This document shows, piece by piece, positions 42,310-51,294 of a DNA stretch of 64,000 nt. Position numbers and translations under genes: made by a program. The notes beneath the pieces were generated by a model. It worked only from the letters and a program-made list of their open reading frames with translations. It ran no database searches and was not told where the DNA came from. Every line of letters starts with the position of its first letter. Position 1 is the stretch's first letter. The stretch spans positions 672,001 through 736,000 of the forward strand of contig OZ244852.1 in NCBI GenBank assembly GCA_965220965.1. Reading direction: 5' to 3'. This stretch comes from Candidatus Marinacidobacterium sp. Lineage in GTDB: Bacteria > Acidobacteriota > Vicinamibacteria > Marinacidobacterales > Marinacidobacteraceae.

Positions 42310-42630
42310 ATGAAGCGAACCGGTTCCGGGTCGGATTCCGAGGCGGCCGGCGCGTCGCCGGCCGAGATGGTTCTCGGACTCCTGACCGATCTGGAGCGCG
42401 CGGCGGCGGCGCTCGAGCGGCGGCGAGCCGCCGGGGCCGACCTGCGCAGCGAACTGACCCGGGCGCGGAGCGAGCTCGCCAGGACCCGAAAGTCGCTCAA
42501 GGCGGCCCGCGCCCGCGGGAAACAGGTGGAAGAGGCGCTGGAGTTGCTGCGGGCGGAACGCGCGTCCGTCCGGGATACGCTGCGCCAGGTCGCGGGCGCC
42601 ACCGGCGCCGACCCGGCGAACGGAGCGTGA
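42310..42630 (+). CDS. coiled-coil protein, ZapB-like
   Basis: Heptad-rich helix ending LRAERASVRDTL; immediately upstream of zapA. Confidence 0.55.
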   Translation: MKRTGSGSDSEAAGASPAEMVLGLLTDLERAAAALERRRAAGADLRSELTRARSELARTRKSLKAARARGKQVEEALELLRAERASVRDTLRQVAGATGADPANGA

Positions 42631-42664
42631 GCGCCCGGAGAGGGGCCGGCCGGCCGATGTCGCG

Positions 42665-43024
42665 ATGAGCGGAAAAGACGCCGAGAATCCCTCCGGCGGC
42701 GCGGATGTCATCGAGGTGCGGATCGCCGGTGAGACCCACCGGCTGGTGGCCGACGCCGCGCCGGGCGCGACCGTGCGTGAGGCCGCCGGTCTGGTGGACC
42801 ACCGGATGCGCGCTGTCCTCGAGGCCGCGCCCGGGCTCTCGCGGGAGCGCGCCGCGATCCTCGCCGCCCTGAACCTCGGGCGCGAAGTCCTCGTCGCCCA
42901 GCGCGGTCAGAAGACCGTCGCCGCCGATGTCGGAGCCGCGGTGGCCCGGGTCCGCGAACGGCTCGGCGAGCTGGAAGCGGGGGCGGAAACCCCGTCGGAC
43001 GGGAGGGCTCCGGACACCGGTTGA
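42665..43024 (+). CDS. zapA: cell division protein ZapA
   Basis: IEVRIAGE, AGLVDHRMR, RAAILAALNL. Confidence 0.85.
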   Translation: MSGKDAENPSGGADVIEVRIAGETHRLVADAAPGATVREAAGLVDHRMRAVLEAAPGLSRERAAILAALNLGREVLVAQRGQKTVAADVGAAVARVRERLGELEAGAETPSDGRAPDTG

Positions 43025-44034
43025 CCGCCGAGGATCGGCTCCTCCGGGAGATCCTGGAGCGTCTGCCGGCGACGCCGCCCGGAGCGGAGGATGCGCCGCG
43101 CATCGTGGTCGGCCCCGGGGACGACGCGGCTGTCGTCCGCGCCGGAGGCGACGCCCGGGCGCCGTTGCTGCTGACCGTCGACGCCGCCGAGGAAGGCGTC
43201 CACTTCGACCGGAAGCTCCATCCCCCCGCCGCGATCGGCCGCCGGACGGTGGCGGCCGCCGTCAGCGACATCGCGGCCATGGGAGGGGCGCCGGTGGCGG
43301 CGCTCGCCTCGCTGGTGGTTCCCCGGGACGCGCGCCAGACCGCCCGGGAGGTCATGCGGGCGGCCGGGGAGCGCGCGGCGGAACTGGGAGCGCCGGTCGT
43401 GGGAGGAAACCTGAGTTCGGGGGCGCGGCTGGCGCTTCACGTGACGGTCGTGGGGACGGCGCCGGCGGGAGCGCCTCCGGTGCGTCGCCGCGGCGCCCGC
43501 CCGGGCGATGCGCTCTTCGTCAGCGGGCCCCTTGGGGGGGCTGCGCTTGGCCTCGAGGCGCTTCGTCGCCGGGCGGCCGGCGAGGCCCCGGGACGGCGAC
43601 TCAGCGGCCGGGAGGCCGCCTGGGTGGACGCCCATCTGGATCCTCAGCCGCGGCTCGCGCTCGGGGCCGAACTGGCCGGCCTCGCGACCGCCGGCATGGA
43701 CCTGTCCGACGGGCTGGCCCTCGATCTCCACCGTCTCCTCGAGGCCGCTTCGTGCGGGGGTGTCGTGGAGGCGGCGCGGATCCCCGCCGCCGGTCCGGGG
43801 CCGGACGGTCTGGAGGCGGCCCTGTTCGGCGGCGAGGACTACGAGCTGCTGTTCGCCGGCCCCGCCGGGGCGGTGGAGGCCCGGGCGGTCTCCGGCGGTC
43901 GGCCGTGGGCGGGAGTCACCCGGATCGGCGAGGTGACGTCCGGGTCCGGCGTGCGCCTCCGGTCGCCCGACGGCGGTCTGGCGCCGCTCGCCCGCCGGGG
44001 GTGGGACGCTCTGGAGGCCGGCGGCGACGCCTGA
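43021..44034 (+). CDS. thiL: thiamine-monophosphate kinase
   Basis: GPGDDAA, EGVHF, VSDIAAMG, VGGN, MDLSDGL, GGEDYEL. Confidence 0.93.
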   Translation: MTAEDRLLREILERLPATPPGAEDAPRIVVGPGDDAAVVRAGGDARAPLLLTVDAAEEGVHFDRKLHPPAAIGRRTVAAAVSDIAAMGGAPVAALASLVVPRDARQTAREVMRAAGERAAELGAPVVGGNLSSGARLALHVTVVGTAPAGAPPVRRRGARPGDALFVSGPLGGAALGLEALRRRAAGEAPGRRLSGREAAWVDAHLDPQPRLALGAELAGLATAGMDLSDGLALDLHRLLEAASCGGVVEAARIPAAGPGPDGLEAALFGGEDYELLFAGPAGAVEARAVSGGRPWAGVTRIGEVTSGSGVRLRSPDGGLAPLARRGWDALEAGGDA

Positions 44035-44037
44035 GAC

Positions 44038-45474
44038 TCAGTCGGGAACGTCCTCCGCGACGGAGGCCGCCGCGGCGAGCAGATCGGCTTCCGCCCAGGG
44101 CGCTCCCATGAGCTGGACGCCGAAGGGCAGCCCCGCGCGGAGGCCCGCCGGAAGCGCGATCGCCGGCAGCGAGGCGAGCGCCGCCAGGATGTTGAACCGG
44201 TCGGCGCGGTACTCGGCGCCCGGCGGGTCGGGCTCGTCGAGTCGGCGGGGAGGCCGCGGGCTCACCGGGAGGAGGATGGCGTCCGACGAATCGAGCAGCC
44301 TCAGGAGGTCCTCGCGGGTCCGGCGGCGCGCCGCGCTGGCGGCCCCGTAGACCGCCTCCCGGTAGCCCTGGGACAGCACCGTGGCCCCCAGCAGGATGCG
44401 TCGCCGCACCTCGGTTCCGAAGCCGGCGCTGCGGCTCGCCCGGTAGGAACCGCGAAGCGTCCCGTCGGCCGCTTCGCGGCGCCCGTAGCGGATCCCGTCG
44501 AAACGCGAGAGATTCGAGCTCGCCTCGGCGCAGGCGATCAGGTAGTAGGCAGCGACGGCGCTGCCCGCATCGGGGAGCGGCGCGCGCCGCGTCCGGCTGC
44601 CCGCGGCCTCGAACCGGCGCACGGCGGCGAGGAACGCCTCGCGCGACGCCGGGTCCAGCGCTTCGAGGTCGGCGTCGGAAGCCACCGTGAGCACCTTCGG
44701 AACCCGTGGCCGGGCGGCGGCCCCGGCGAAATCCGGAACATCCCGCCGGGCGCTCGTCGCGTCCCTGGGGTCGGCGCCGGCGATGGCGGCCAGCACCGCC
44801 CCGAGATCTTCGGGGTCCGAAGCCAGCACCCCGACCTGGTCGAGCGACGACGCGTAGGCGGTGACGCCGAACCGGGAAACCCGGCCCCAGGTGGGGCGCA
44901 TTCCATAGAGGCCGCAGTGCGCGGCGGGCTGCCGGACCGAGCCGCCGGTGTCGGTGCCGAGCGCGGCGAATGCCGCCCCGCAAGCGACCGCCGCCGCCGA
45001 GCCGCCCGAGGAGCCGCCGGCCACCCGCTCGGGCGCCGCCGGGTTCTTCGTTGCGCCCCGGAATCCGCGGGTGGTCGACGAACCCATGCCGAATTCGTCG
45101 AGGTTCGTGGTCCCCACCACGGTCGCCCCCGCGGCCTTGAGCCGCGCGACGACGGTGGCGTCGAACGGGGCGCGATAGTCGTCGAGCAGCGCCGACCCGG
45201 AAGTCGACGGGAAGCCCTCGACCGCGATGTTGTCCTTGACCGCGACCGGAAGCCCGAACAGCGACCGACCGCGGCGTCCCTCCGGCGCCCGATCCATGGT
45301 CCGCGCCCGCGCCCGCGCGCCCTCCGGGTCGCGGTGGAGGAACGCCTGGACTTCCTCGGCGGCGGGGCCGCGCCCGAGCGCCAGTTGAAGCGCGGCCTCG
45401 GCCCCGATCTCCCCGCCGCGCAGCCGGGCGGACCGCCGCCGGCGCTCGCGCGCCGGGAGCAGCAGCGGGCTCAG
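44038..45474 (-). CDS. gatA: Asp/Glu-tRNA amidotransferase subunit A (probable CTG start)
   Basis: PVAVKDNI, TNLDEFGMGSS, GGSSGGS, GTDTGGSVRQPA, SSNLSRFDGIRYG, FGTEVRRRILLG. Confidence 0.88.
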   Translation of the reverse strand: MSPLLLPARERRRRSARLRGGEIGAEAALQLALGRGPAAEEVQAFLHRDPEGARARARTMDRAPEGRRGRSLFGLPVAVKDNIAVEGFPSTSGSALLDDYRAPFDATVVARLKAAGATVVGTTNLDEFGMGSSTTRGFRGATKNPAAPERVAGGSSGGSAAAVACGAAFAALGTDTGGSVRQPAAHCGLYGMRPTWGRVSRFGVTAYASSLDQVGVLASDPEDLGAVLAAIAGADPRDATSARRDVPDFAGAAARPRVPKVLTVASDADLEALDPASREAFLAAVRRFEAAGSRTRRAPLPDAGSAVAAYYLIACAEASSNLSRFDGIRYGRREAADGTLRGSYRASRSAGFGTEVRRRILLGATVLSQGYREAVYGAASAARRRTREDLLRLLDSSDAILLPVSPRPPRRLDEPDPPGAEYRADRFNILAALASLPAIALPAGLRAGLPFGVQLMGAPWAEADLLAAAASVAEDVPD

Positions 45475-45770
45475 AGGACGCCGGGGACGCGGATCAACCG
45501 CCGGTCCCCGATCTCCGGGGCGAGGGCGCGGGTCGTCCCGATGGGGATGCCGGGTCCGGGTTCGTCCGCGCGCAGGGGGCACTCGGGAACATCCGTCTCC
45601 CTCTCCGCGCTCCCGGCCTCCGCCAGCCGCTTCACCTCGGTCGCGAACCCGGCGAGCGCCTCGTGCGCCCGGAGCAGCGCCTCGCGCTCGGCGGCCCCCG
45701 CGGGGGCGGCCAGCGCCGCCAGGTCGGCGATCCCGAGGAAATCGTCGTCCGTCAGGAAGGGGTCTGCCAT
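45471..45770 (-). CDS. gatC: Asp/Glu-tRNA amidotransferase subunit C (divergent)
   Basis: 99 aa; IADLAAL, PLRADE, LAPE, IRVPGVL C-terminus; coupled upstream of gatA. Confidence 0.7.
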   Translation of the reverse strand: MADPFLTDDDFLGIADLAALAAPAGAAEREALLRAHEALAGFATEVKRLAEAGSAERETDVPECPLRADEPGPGIPIGTTRALAPEIGDRRLIRVPGVL

Positions 45771-45924
45771 CGGGAAAGAAACCGCCGGGAGGGGGCCACG
45801 CCAGAGGCGGAAATCGCTGCGGCCCGGCCCGGACGTCCTGCCGGGCTCGTCTGGCCAGTATAGTCGGGGCGTGGCGGCGGGACGCTCGGGCGATGGGACG
45901 GCCATGAGGGAGTCCGGGTCGGGG

Positions 45925-47142
45925 ATGACAGCGGAATCCTTCGCATTCCCGGGGGAGTTCGAGCCGCAGCGGGCGCTCTGGATGGCCTGGCCCACCGGGG
46001 TCCACTGCCGGGGGTTCCCGATCGAGCCGCTGCTGCTCGACATCGTGCGCGCCGCGGCCGGGCGGGTCGTGTGCGAGCTGCTGGTGCAGGACGAGGACGA
46101 GGCCGCCGAAGTGCGGGACCGCCTGCGTCGGGAGGGAGTCCCGCCCGGGTCCGTCAGTCTGCGCGCCATCCCCCACGGCGACGTCTGGATGCGGGACATG
46201 GGGCCGATCTTCCTGCGCGGGGACCGCGGCGGCCTGCGGGTGGCCCATTTCGGCTTCAGCATGTGGGGCTACGCCACCGTGGAGCACCCGAGAGCCAGTC
46301 TGGACGCGGCGGTCGGTCCCGCGGTGGCTTCGGAGCTGGGAGTCGAGGTCGTTCCCTCACGACTCGTGGGGGAGGGGGGCGCCCGCGAGTTCAACGGAGC
46401 GGGGGTCATGCTCGCGGTGGAAGCGGTCGAGACCCAGCGAAATCCCGGATGGACGCTCAAGGCGATCGAGGCCGAGTTCCGCCGGGTGTTCGGACTGAGC
46501 CAGGTCATCTGGCTGGCGCGGGGAGTGGTCGAGGACGACCAGACCTTCGACGGGCCGATCCCGGGCGGCGCGTACACCTCGCTGGCCACCGGCGGGCACA
46601 CCGACGAGTTCGTCCGCTTCGCCGATCCACGCACCATCCTGCTGGCCGAAGTCACCCGCGAGGAGGCCCGCCGGGACGAGGTCGCGGCGCTCAACCGGGA
46701 GCGTCTCGAAGAGAGCTTCCGGCGGTTGTCGGCGGCGCGCGACGCCGCCGGGAGGCCGTTCCGGATCCTGCGGGTTCCGACGCCGGATCTGCGGGTCCAC
46801 CCGATGGGTCGGGGCGACCCGGTCTTCGCGCGGATCCGGGAGCTCGATTTCGCGGACGGTCGGCGCATCGGGGAGGACGAGGTCCTCCAGGTGGCGGCCG
46901 CCGCGAGCTACCTGAACCTTCAGGTCACGAACGGGCTGGTGATCACCGCCCGCTACACCGGGCCGGAGAGCCCGGCGGCCGAGCGGGAGAAGGAGGAAGC
47001 GGCGTTTCGAACGCTTCGGGCCGCATTCCCCGGCCGGAAGCTCGTCGCCCTCGACGCCATGGCGGTGAACCTGGGGGGAGGCGGGATCCACTGCATGCTC
47101 CAGCAGGAGCCGGCCCGGGTCGCGGCCGGCCCGCCGTCCTGA
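45925..47142 (+). CDS. aguA: agmatine deiminase family protein
   Basis: FPGEFEPQ..WP, WMRDMGP, EGG, GHTDE, SYLN, GGGGIHC; alternative ATG at 45904. Confidence 0.88.
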   Translation: MTAESFAFPGEFEPQRALWMAWPTGVHCRGFPIEPLLLDIVRAAAGRVVCELLVQDEDEAAEVRDRLRREGVPPGSVSLRAIPHGDVWMRDMGPIFLRGDRGGLRVAHFGFSMWGYATVEHPRASLDAAVGPAVASELGVEVVPSRLVGEGGAREFNGAGVMLAVEAVETQRNPGWTLKAIEAEFRRVFGLSQVIWLARGVVEDDQTFDGPIPGGAYTSLATGGHTDEFVRFADPRTILLAEVTREEARRDEVAALNRERLEESFRRLSAARDAAGRPFRILRVPTPDLRVHPMGRGDPVFARIRELDFADGRRIGEDEVLQVAAAASYLNLQVTNGLVITARYTGPESPAAEREKEEAAFRTLRAAFPGRKLVALDAMAVNLGGGGIHCMLQQEPARVAAGPPS

Positions 47143-47155
47143 GGGCCCGCCAGCC

Positions 47156-48541
47156 GTGGCGGGCGAGGCGGGAGGTTGGGGCGCGCTCAGCCTGATTCCC
47201 AGCCTGACCGTCTTCGGTCTGGCGGTCTGGAGCCGGCGGCCGCTCGAGGCCCTGATCGCCGGATCGCTGCTGGGCCACATCCTGCTGTCGGGCGCCGGCT
47301 TTCCGGCCGCCTTCCTGACGAACCTGCAGGCGGTGATCGCCGAGCCCACCAGCGTCTGGATCGTGCTGGTCGTCGCGCTGTTCGGAGCGCTCATCGGCGT
47401 CATCGCGCGCTCCGGCGGCGCCGCCGCGTTCGGGAGAGCGCTGTCGCGACGGGTGAGAACCGCGCGAGGGCTCCAGCTCTCCGCCTGCGGCCTGGGCGTC
47501 CTGACGTTCGTGGACGACTATCTGAACGCGCTCGCGGTCGGCGCCGCGTTCCGGGGCGCGGCGGATCGGGTCGGCGTGTCGCGGCCCCGGCTCGCCTATC
47601 TGGTGGACTCGACGGCCGCCCCGATCTGCGTTCTGGTTCCCGCATCGACCTGGGCGGTGTTCGTGGCGGGCCTGTTCGAGTCGAACGGGGTGGCGGAAGC
47701 GGGGGGCGGGGGCGCTCTCTATCTCTCGATCCTTCCGTTCCTGCTCTACCCGTGGCTCGCGCTCGGGCTGGTGCTCGCGTTCGCCGCCGGCCTGGTCCCG
47801 GCGCTTGGCCCGATGCGCGCGGCCGTCGGCCCGAAGCAGGGGGCGACCTCATCCGTCCGGGCCCCAGCGCTCGATGAAGGGCTCGAAGCGGAGACCGCCG
47901 GGGCGGCGCGACATCCGGCGCTGCTGCCCTGGTCGTTCCTGATCCCGATCCTCGCCCTGCCGGCGGCGACCCTCGTCTTCGGAGGGGACGCGCTCTACGG
48001 GGTCTCCTTCGCGATCGCGCTGGCGCTCGGGCTGGCGCTGCTGTCGGGCCCGCGAGGGACTCTGGGTCCGCTCGCGGAGGGCGCCGTCCTCGGGATGGAG
48101 AAGATGGTCTATCCGCTGGGGATCGTCCTCGTCTCCTTCGTGCTGCGCGACGTCAACGCCGATCTGGGTCTCACTGAGTTCGTTCTCGAGTCGGTGCGTC
48201 CGGTGGCGTCCGCGTGGATGCTGCCCGCGCTGGTGTTCGTCGCGCTGTCGCTGGTGTGTTTCGCCTCCGGCTCGTTCTGGGGCGCGTACGCAGTGAGCCT
48301 GCCGGTGGTGCTGGGACTCGCGGTCGAACTCCAGGCCCCGCTTCCGCTGACGCTCGGCGCCCTGGTCTCGGCCGGGGCCTTCGGGTCGCACGCCTGCTTC
48401 TACGGCGACGCCACCGTCCTCGCCGCCAGGAGCGCCGGATGCCCTATCCTGGACCACGCCCGGACGCAGCTTCCCTATGCGCTGATCGCGGCCGCCTTCG
48501 CCTTCGTCGGCTTTCTCGCGCTCGGCTGGGTCCTGGCCTAG
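47156..48541 (+). CDS. NhaC-family integral membrane transporter
   Basis: SLIP, SGGAAAF, FVDDYLN, LAYLVDSTAAP, FASGSFWG, GAFGSHAC..DAT. Confidence 0.82.
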   Translation: MAGEAGGWGALSLIPSLTVFGLAVWSRRPLEALIAGSLLGHILLSGAGFPAAFLTNLQAVIAEPTSVWIVLVVALFGALIGVIARSGGAAAFGRALSRRVRTARGLQLSACGLGVLTFVDDYLNALAVGAAFRGAADRVGVSRPRLAYLVDSTAAPICVLVPASTWAVFVAGLFESNGVAEAGGGGALYLSILPFLLYPWLALGLVLAFAAGLVPALGPMRAAVGPKQGATSSVRAPALDEGLEAETAGAARHPALLPWSFLIPILALPAATLVFGGDALYGVSFAIALALGLALLSGPRGTLGPLAEGAVLGMEKMVYPLGIVLVSFVLRDVNADLGLTEFVLESVRPVASAWMLPALVFVALSLVCFASGSFWGAYAVSLPVVLGLAVELQAPLPLTLGALVSAGAFGSHACFYGDATVLAARSAGCPILDHARTQLPYALIAAAFAFVGFLALGWVLA

Positions 48542-48594
48542 CGGTGACCGGCTCCTGAGAGGCGGGCGGCGCGCCGGCTAATCTTTCCGGCGCC

Positions 48595-49458
48595 ATGGCC
48601 ACCGTTCGACTCGGACTCATCCAGCGGGCCGTGGAGCCGGACCGCGACGCGGCGCAGGCCGCGACGCTCGCCGCGGTGCGCGAAGCCGCCGCCGGGGGCG
48701 CCAACATCGTCTGCCTCCCCGAGCTCTACGACGTCCCCTACTTCCCGAGGGAAAAGACCGTTCGCCTCTGCCGGCTGGCCGAAGAACAGCCCTCCGCGCG
48801 GGCGATGGAGCTCGGACGGCTCGCCGGCGAGCTGGGTGTGGTGGTGGTCGTCCCGCTCTTCGAGCAGGCGGCCCCGGGCGTCGCCTTCAACTCCGCGCTG
48901 GTCTACGACGCCGATGGCTCGCTTCTCGGCCGCTACCGGAAGAACCACATCCCCGACGGGCCCGGCTACAACGAGAAGTACTACTTCACTCCCGGCGACC
49001 TCGGGTTCCCGGTGTTCGAGACCGCCTTCGGCCGGGTCGGCGTGGGGATCTGCTGGGACCAGTGGTTCCCCGAGACCGCGCGGTGCCTGGCGCTCGGCGG
49101 CGCCGAGATCCTGCTGTTCCCCACCGCGATCGGGACGGAACCGGAACGCCCCGACTACTCCTCGGAGGACGCCTGGCGCACCGTGATGCGCGGCCACGCC
49201 ATCTCGAACGGCCTCTTCCTCGGCGCCGTGAACCGGGTGGGGGTCGAGGGCGGGACGACCTTCTACGGTGGAAGCTTCATCGCGGACCCATTCGGCGAGA
49301 CGCTCGCCCAGGCGGGAAGCGACCCCGCGATCCTCCTCGCCGACCTCGACCTGCGCCGGATCGGGGAGCTGCGCGAGCTGCAGCACTTCTTCCGGGACCG
49401 CCGGATCGAGGCCTACGAACGCCTCAAGCGAATCACGCCCGGCCCGGACCCCGCTTGA
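48595..49458 (+). CDS. aguB: N-carbamoylputrescine amidase (nitrilase family)
   Basis: LPEL, YRKNHIPDGPGYNEKYYFTPGD, ICWDQWFPE, PTAIG. Confidence 0.9.
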   Translation: MATVRLGLIQRAVEPDRDAAQAATLAAVREAAAGGANIVCLPELYDVPYFPREKTVRLCRLAEEQPSARAMELGRLAGELGVVVVVPLFEQAAPGVAFNSALVYDADGSLLGRYRKNHIPDGPGYNEKYYFTPGDLGFPVFETAFGRVGVGICWDQWFPETARCLALGGAEILLFPTAIGTEPERPDYSSEDAWRTVMRGHAISNGLFLGAVNRVGVEGGTTFYGGSFIADPFGETLAQAGSDPAILLADLDLRRIGELRELQHFFRDRRIEAYERLKRITPGPDPA

Positions 49459-50261
49459 GCGGCGGGGATCTCCCGCCCTCGACGGGCGGACGCCGGAGCG
49501 CCTCCGGCGAGGCGGCGCCCGCGCCGGAGGCGACCAGGGAAAGGGTCTTCCTCACGCTCGGGGCGGTGTTCCTGGCTGCGCTCGTGTCGTGCAACCTGAT
49601 CTTCCGCAAGTTCTTCTTCTGGGAAGTCCCCGCGCTCGGGTGGCTGGGGCTGAACCCGCGGATGGAGCTCTCGGTGGGGATCCTGGCCTATCCGGTGACC
49701 TTCATCTGCACCGATGTCCTCTCCGAGTTCTTCGGCCGTCGCCGGGTGAGCCAGCTCGTCACCGCCGGGTTCTTCGCGAGCGCCTTCGTGGTCGCGCTGG
49801 TGGCGGTCTCGAACGCTGTCCCGGCGACCGACTGGAGCGTGCTCGACGACGCCGCCTTCGATCTGGCGTTCGGGATCCAGGGGGTCGCGGTGGCCGCGTC
49901 CATGGGGGCCTATCTGGGGGCGCAGTACCTCGACATCCGCCTGTTCCACTTCTGGAAACGGCTGACCGAGGGCCGCCACCTCTGGCTGCGGAACAACGCC
50001 TCCACGTTCACCTCGCAGCTTGTGGACACGATCCTGGTGACCGTGCTGCTCTCGGTGCTGGGCGCCTCGGAGATCACCCCCGCGCGCCTGCCGGAGCTCA
50101 TCCTGAACGGGGTGATCTTCAAGTGGATCGTGGCGATCGTGGACACCCCGCTGGTCTACGGCGTCGTCTGGTTCCTCCGGACCCGCCTCGGCCTCCGCGA
50201 GCACCCGATCGCGCCGCGGTCTCCCCGGACCGGCGCCCCCTCAGCGGCGGTTGACAGCTAG
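49455..50261 (+). CDS. yhhQ: queuosine precursor transporter (YhhQ/Vut_1 family)
   Basis: TTGA overlap with aguB stop; YPVTFICTDVLSE, ASMGAYLGAQYLD, LWLRNNAST..SQLVDT, DTP. Confidence 0.85.
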   Translation: MSGGDLPPSTGGRRSASGEAAPAPEATRERVFLTLGAVFLAALVSCNLIFRKFFFWEVPALGWLGLNPRMELSVGILAYPVTFICTDVLSEFFGRRRVSQLVTAGFFASAFVVALVAVSNAVPATDWSVLDDAAFDLAFGIQGVAVAASMGAYLGAQYLDIRLFHFWKRLTEGRHLWLRNNASTFTSQLVDTILVTVLLSVLGASEITPARLPELILNGVIFKWIVAIVDTPLVYGVVWFLRTRLGLREHPIAPRSPRTGAPSAAVDS

Positions 50262-50272
50262 AGCGGAGCGGA

Positions 50273-51256
50273 TCAGACCGCCGCCGGCTGGCGAGTCCGC
50301 CCGGCGGCCGCGAGGATCGCATCGCAGGTCGCCTCGAGCCCCTCGGCGAGCGGGATGCGCGGCCTCCAGCCGAGACGCTGCAGGCGCGAGGTGTCCACCG
50401 CGTAGCGCACATCGTGGCCGGGTCGGTCCCCGACGTGTTCGATCCGGCCGCGTCGCCCGGTGTGGCGCGCCGCCAGGTCCAGCAGCCGGTTCGCCATGTC
50501 CAGGTTCCGGCGCCGGTCGCCGCTCCCGACGTTGTAGATCGCTCCCGGCCTCCCCGCCTCGAGGATGTGCTCGAGCGCCGAGCAGTGATCGTCCACGTGG
50601 AGCCACTCGCGGACCTGGAGGCCGTGGCCGTAGACCGGGAGCGGCTCTCCCGAGAGCGCGCGCGTCAGGAACGCGGGGACCATCTTCTCGGGGTGCTGCC
50701 GCGGGCCGTAGGTATTCGTGCCCCGGCTGATCAGGACCGGAAGCCGGTGGGTGGCGCGGTAGGCGAGGCAGAGCAGGTCCGCGCTCGCCTTGCTGGCGGC
50801 GTAGGGGTTCGTCGGGGCGAGCGGCGCCGTTTCGCTGGCCTCGCCGCTGCTCAGCGGGCCGTAGACCTCGTCCGTCGAGACCTGGAGAAACGCCCGGCCG
50901 CGCTGCGCCCGCCGGAAGGCCTCGAGCAGGACGGTGGTCCCCAGCGTGTCGGTCCGGGCGAACGCCTCGCCGTCCTCGATGGCGCGGTCGACATGGGTCT
51001 CGGCGGCCAGATTGATCACATAGTCCGCCCGGGCCACGAGCGGGAACACCGTGTCCCGGTCGCAGATGTCGCCGGGGACGAACTCGTGGCGAGGGTTGTC
51101 CAGCGCGGACCCCAGGTTCTCGAGCGATCCGGCGTAGGTGAGCTTGTCGAGCGTGATGACCCGGCGATCCGGAAACCGCCGAAGCAGGCGGTCCACGAAG
51201 TGGCTCCCGATGAAGCCGGCGCCGCCAGCGACGAGGAAGGTGAGGGACGCGGGCAC
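50273..51256 (-). CDS. rfbB: dTDP-glucose 4,6-dehydratase
   Basis: GGAGFIGS, DKLTYAG, AAETHVD, STDEVYG, YAASK, PEK, DRPGHDVRY. Confidence 0.9.
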   Translation of the reverse strand: MPASLTFLVAGGAGFIGSHFVDRLLRRFPDRRVITLDKLTYAGSLENLGSALDNPRHEFVPGDICDRDTVFPLVARADYVINLAAETHVDRAIEDGEAFARTDTLGTTVLLEAFRRAQRGRAFLQVSTDEVYGPLSSGEASETAPLAPTNPYAASKASADLLCLAYRATHRLPVLISRGTNTYGPRQHPEKMVPAFLTRALSGEPLPVYGHGLQVREWLHVDDHCSALEHILEAGRPGAIYNVGSGDRRRNLDMANRLLDLAARHTGRRGRIEHVGDRPGHDVRYAVDTSRLQRLGWRPRIPLAEGLEATCDAILAAAGRTRQPAAV

Positions 51257-51294
51257 GGGAGCGCCAGATTCTAGGGGTGGACGCCCCGAAAGCC

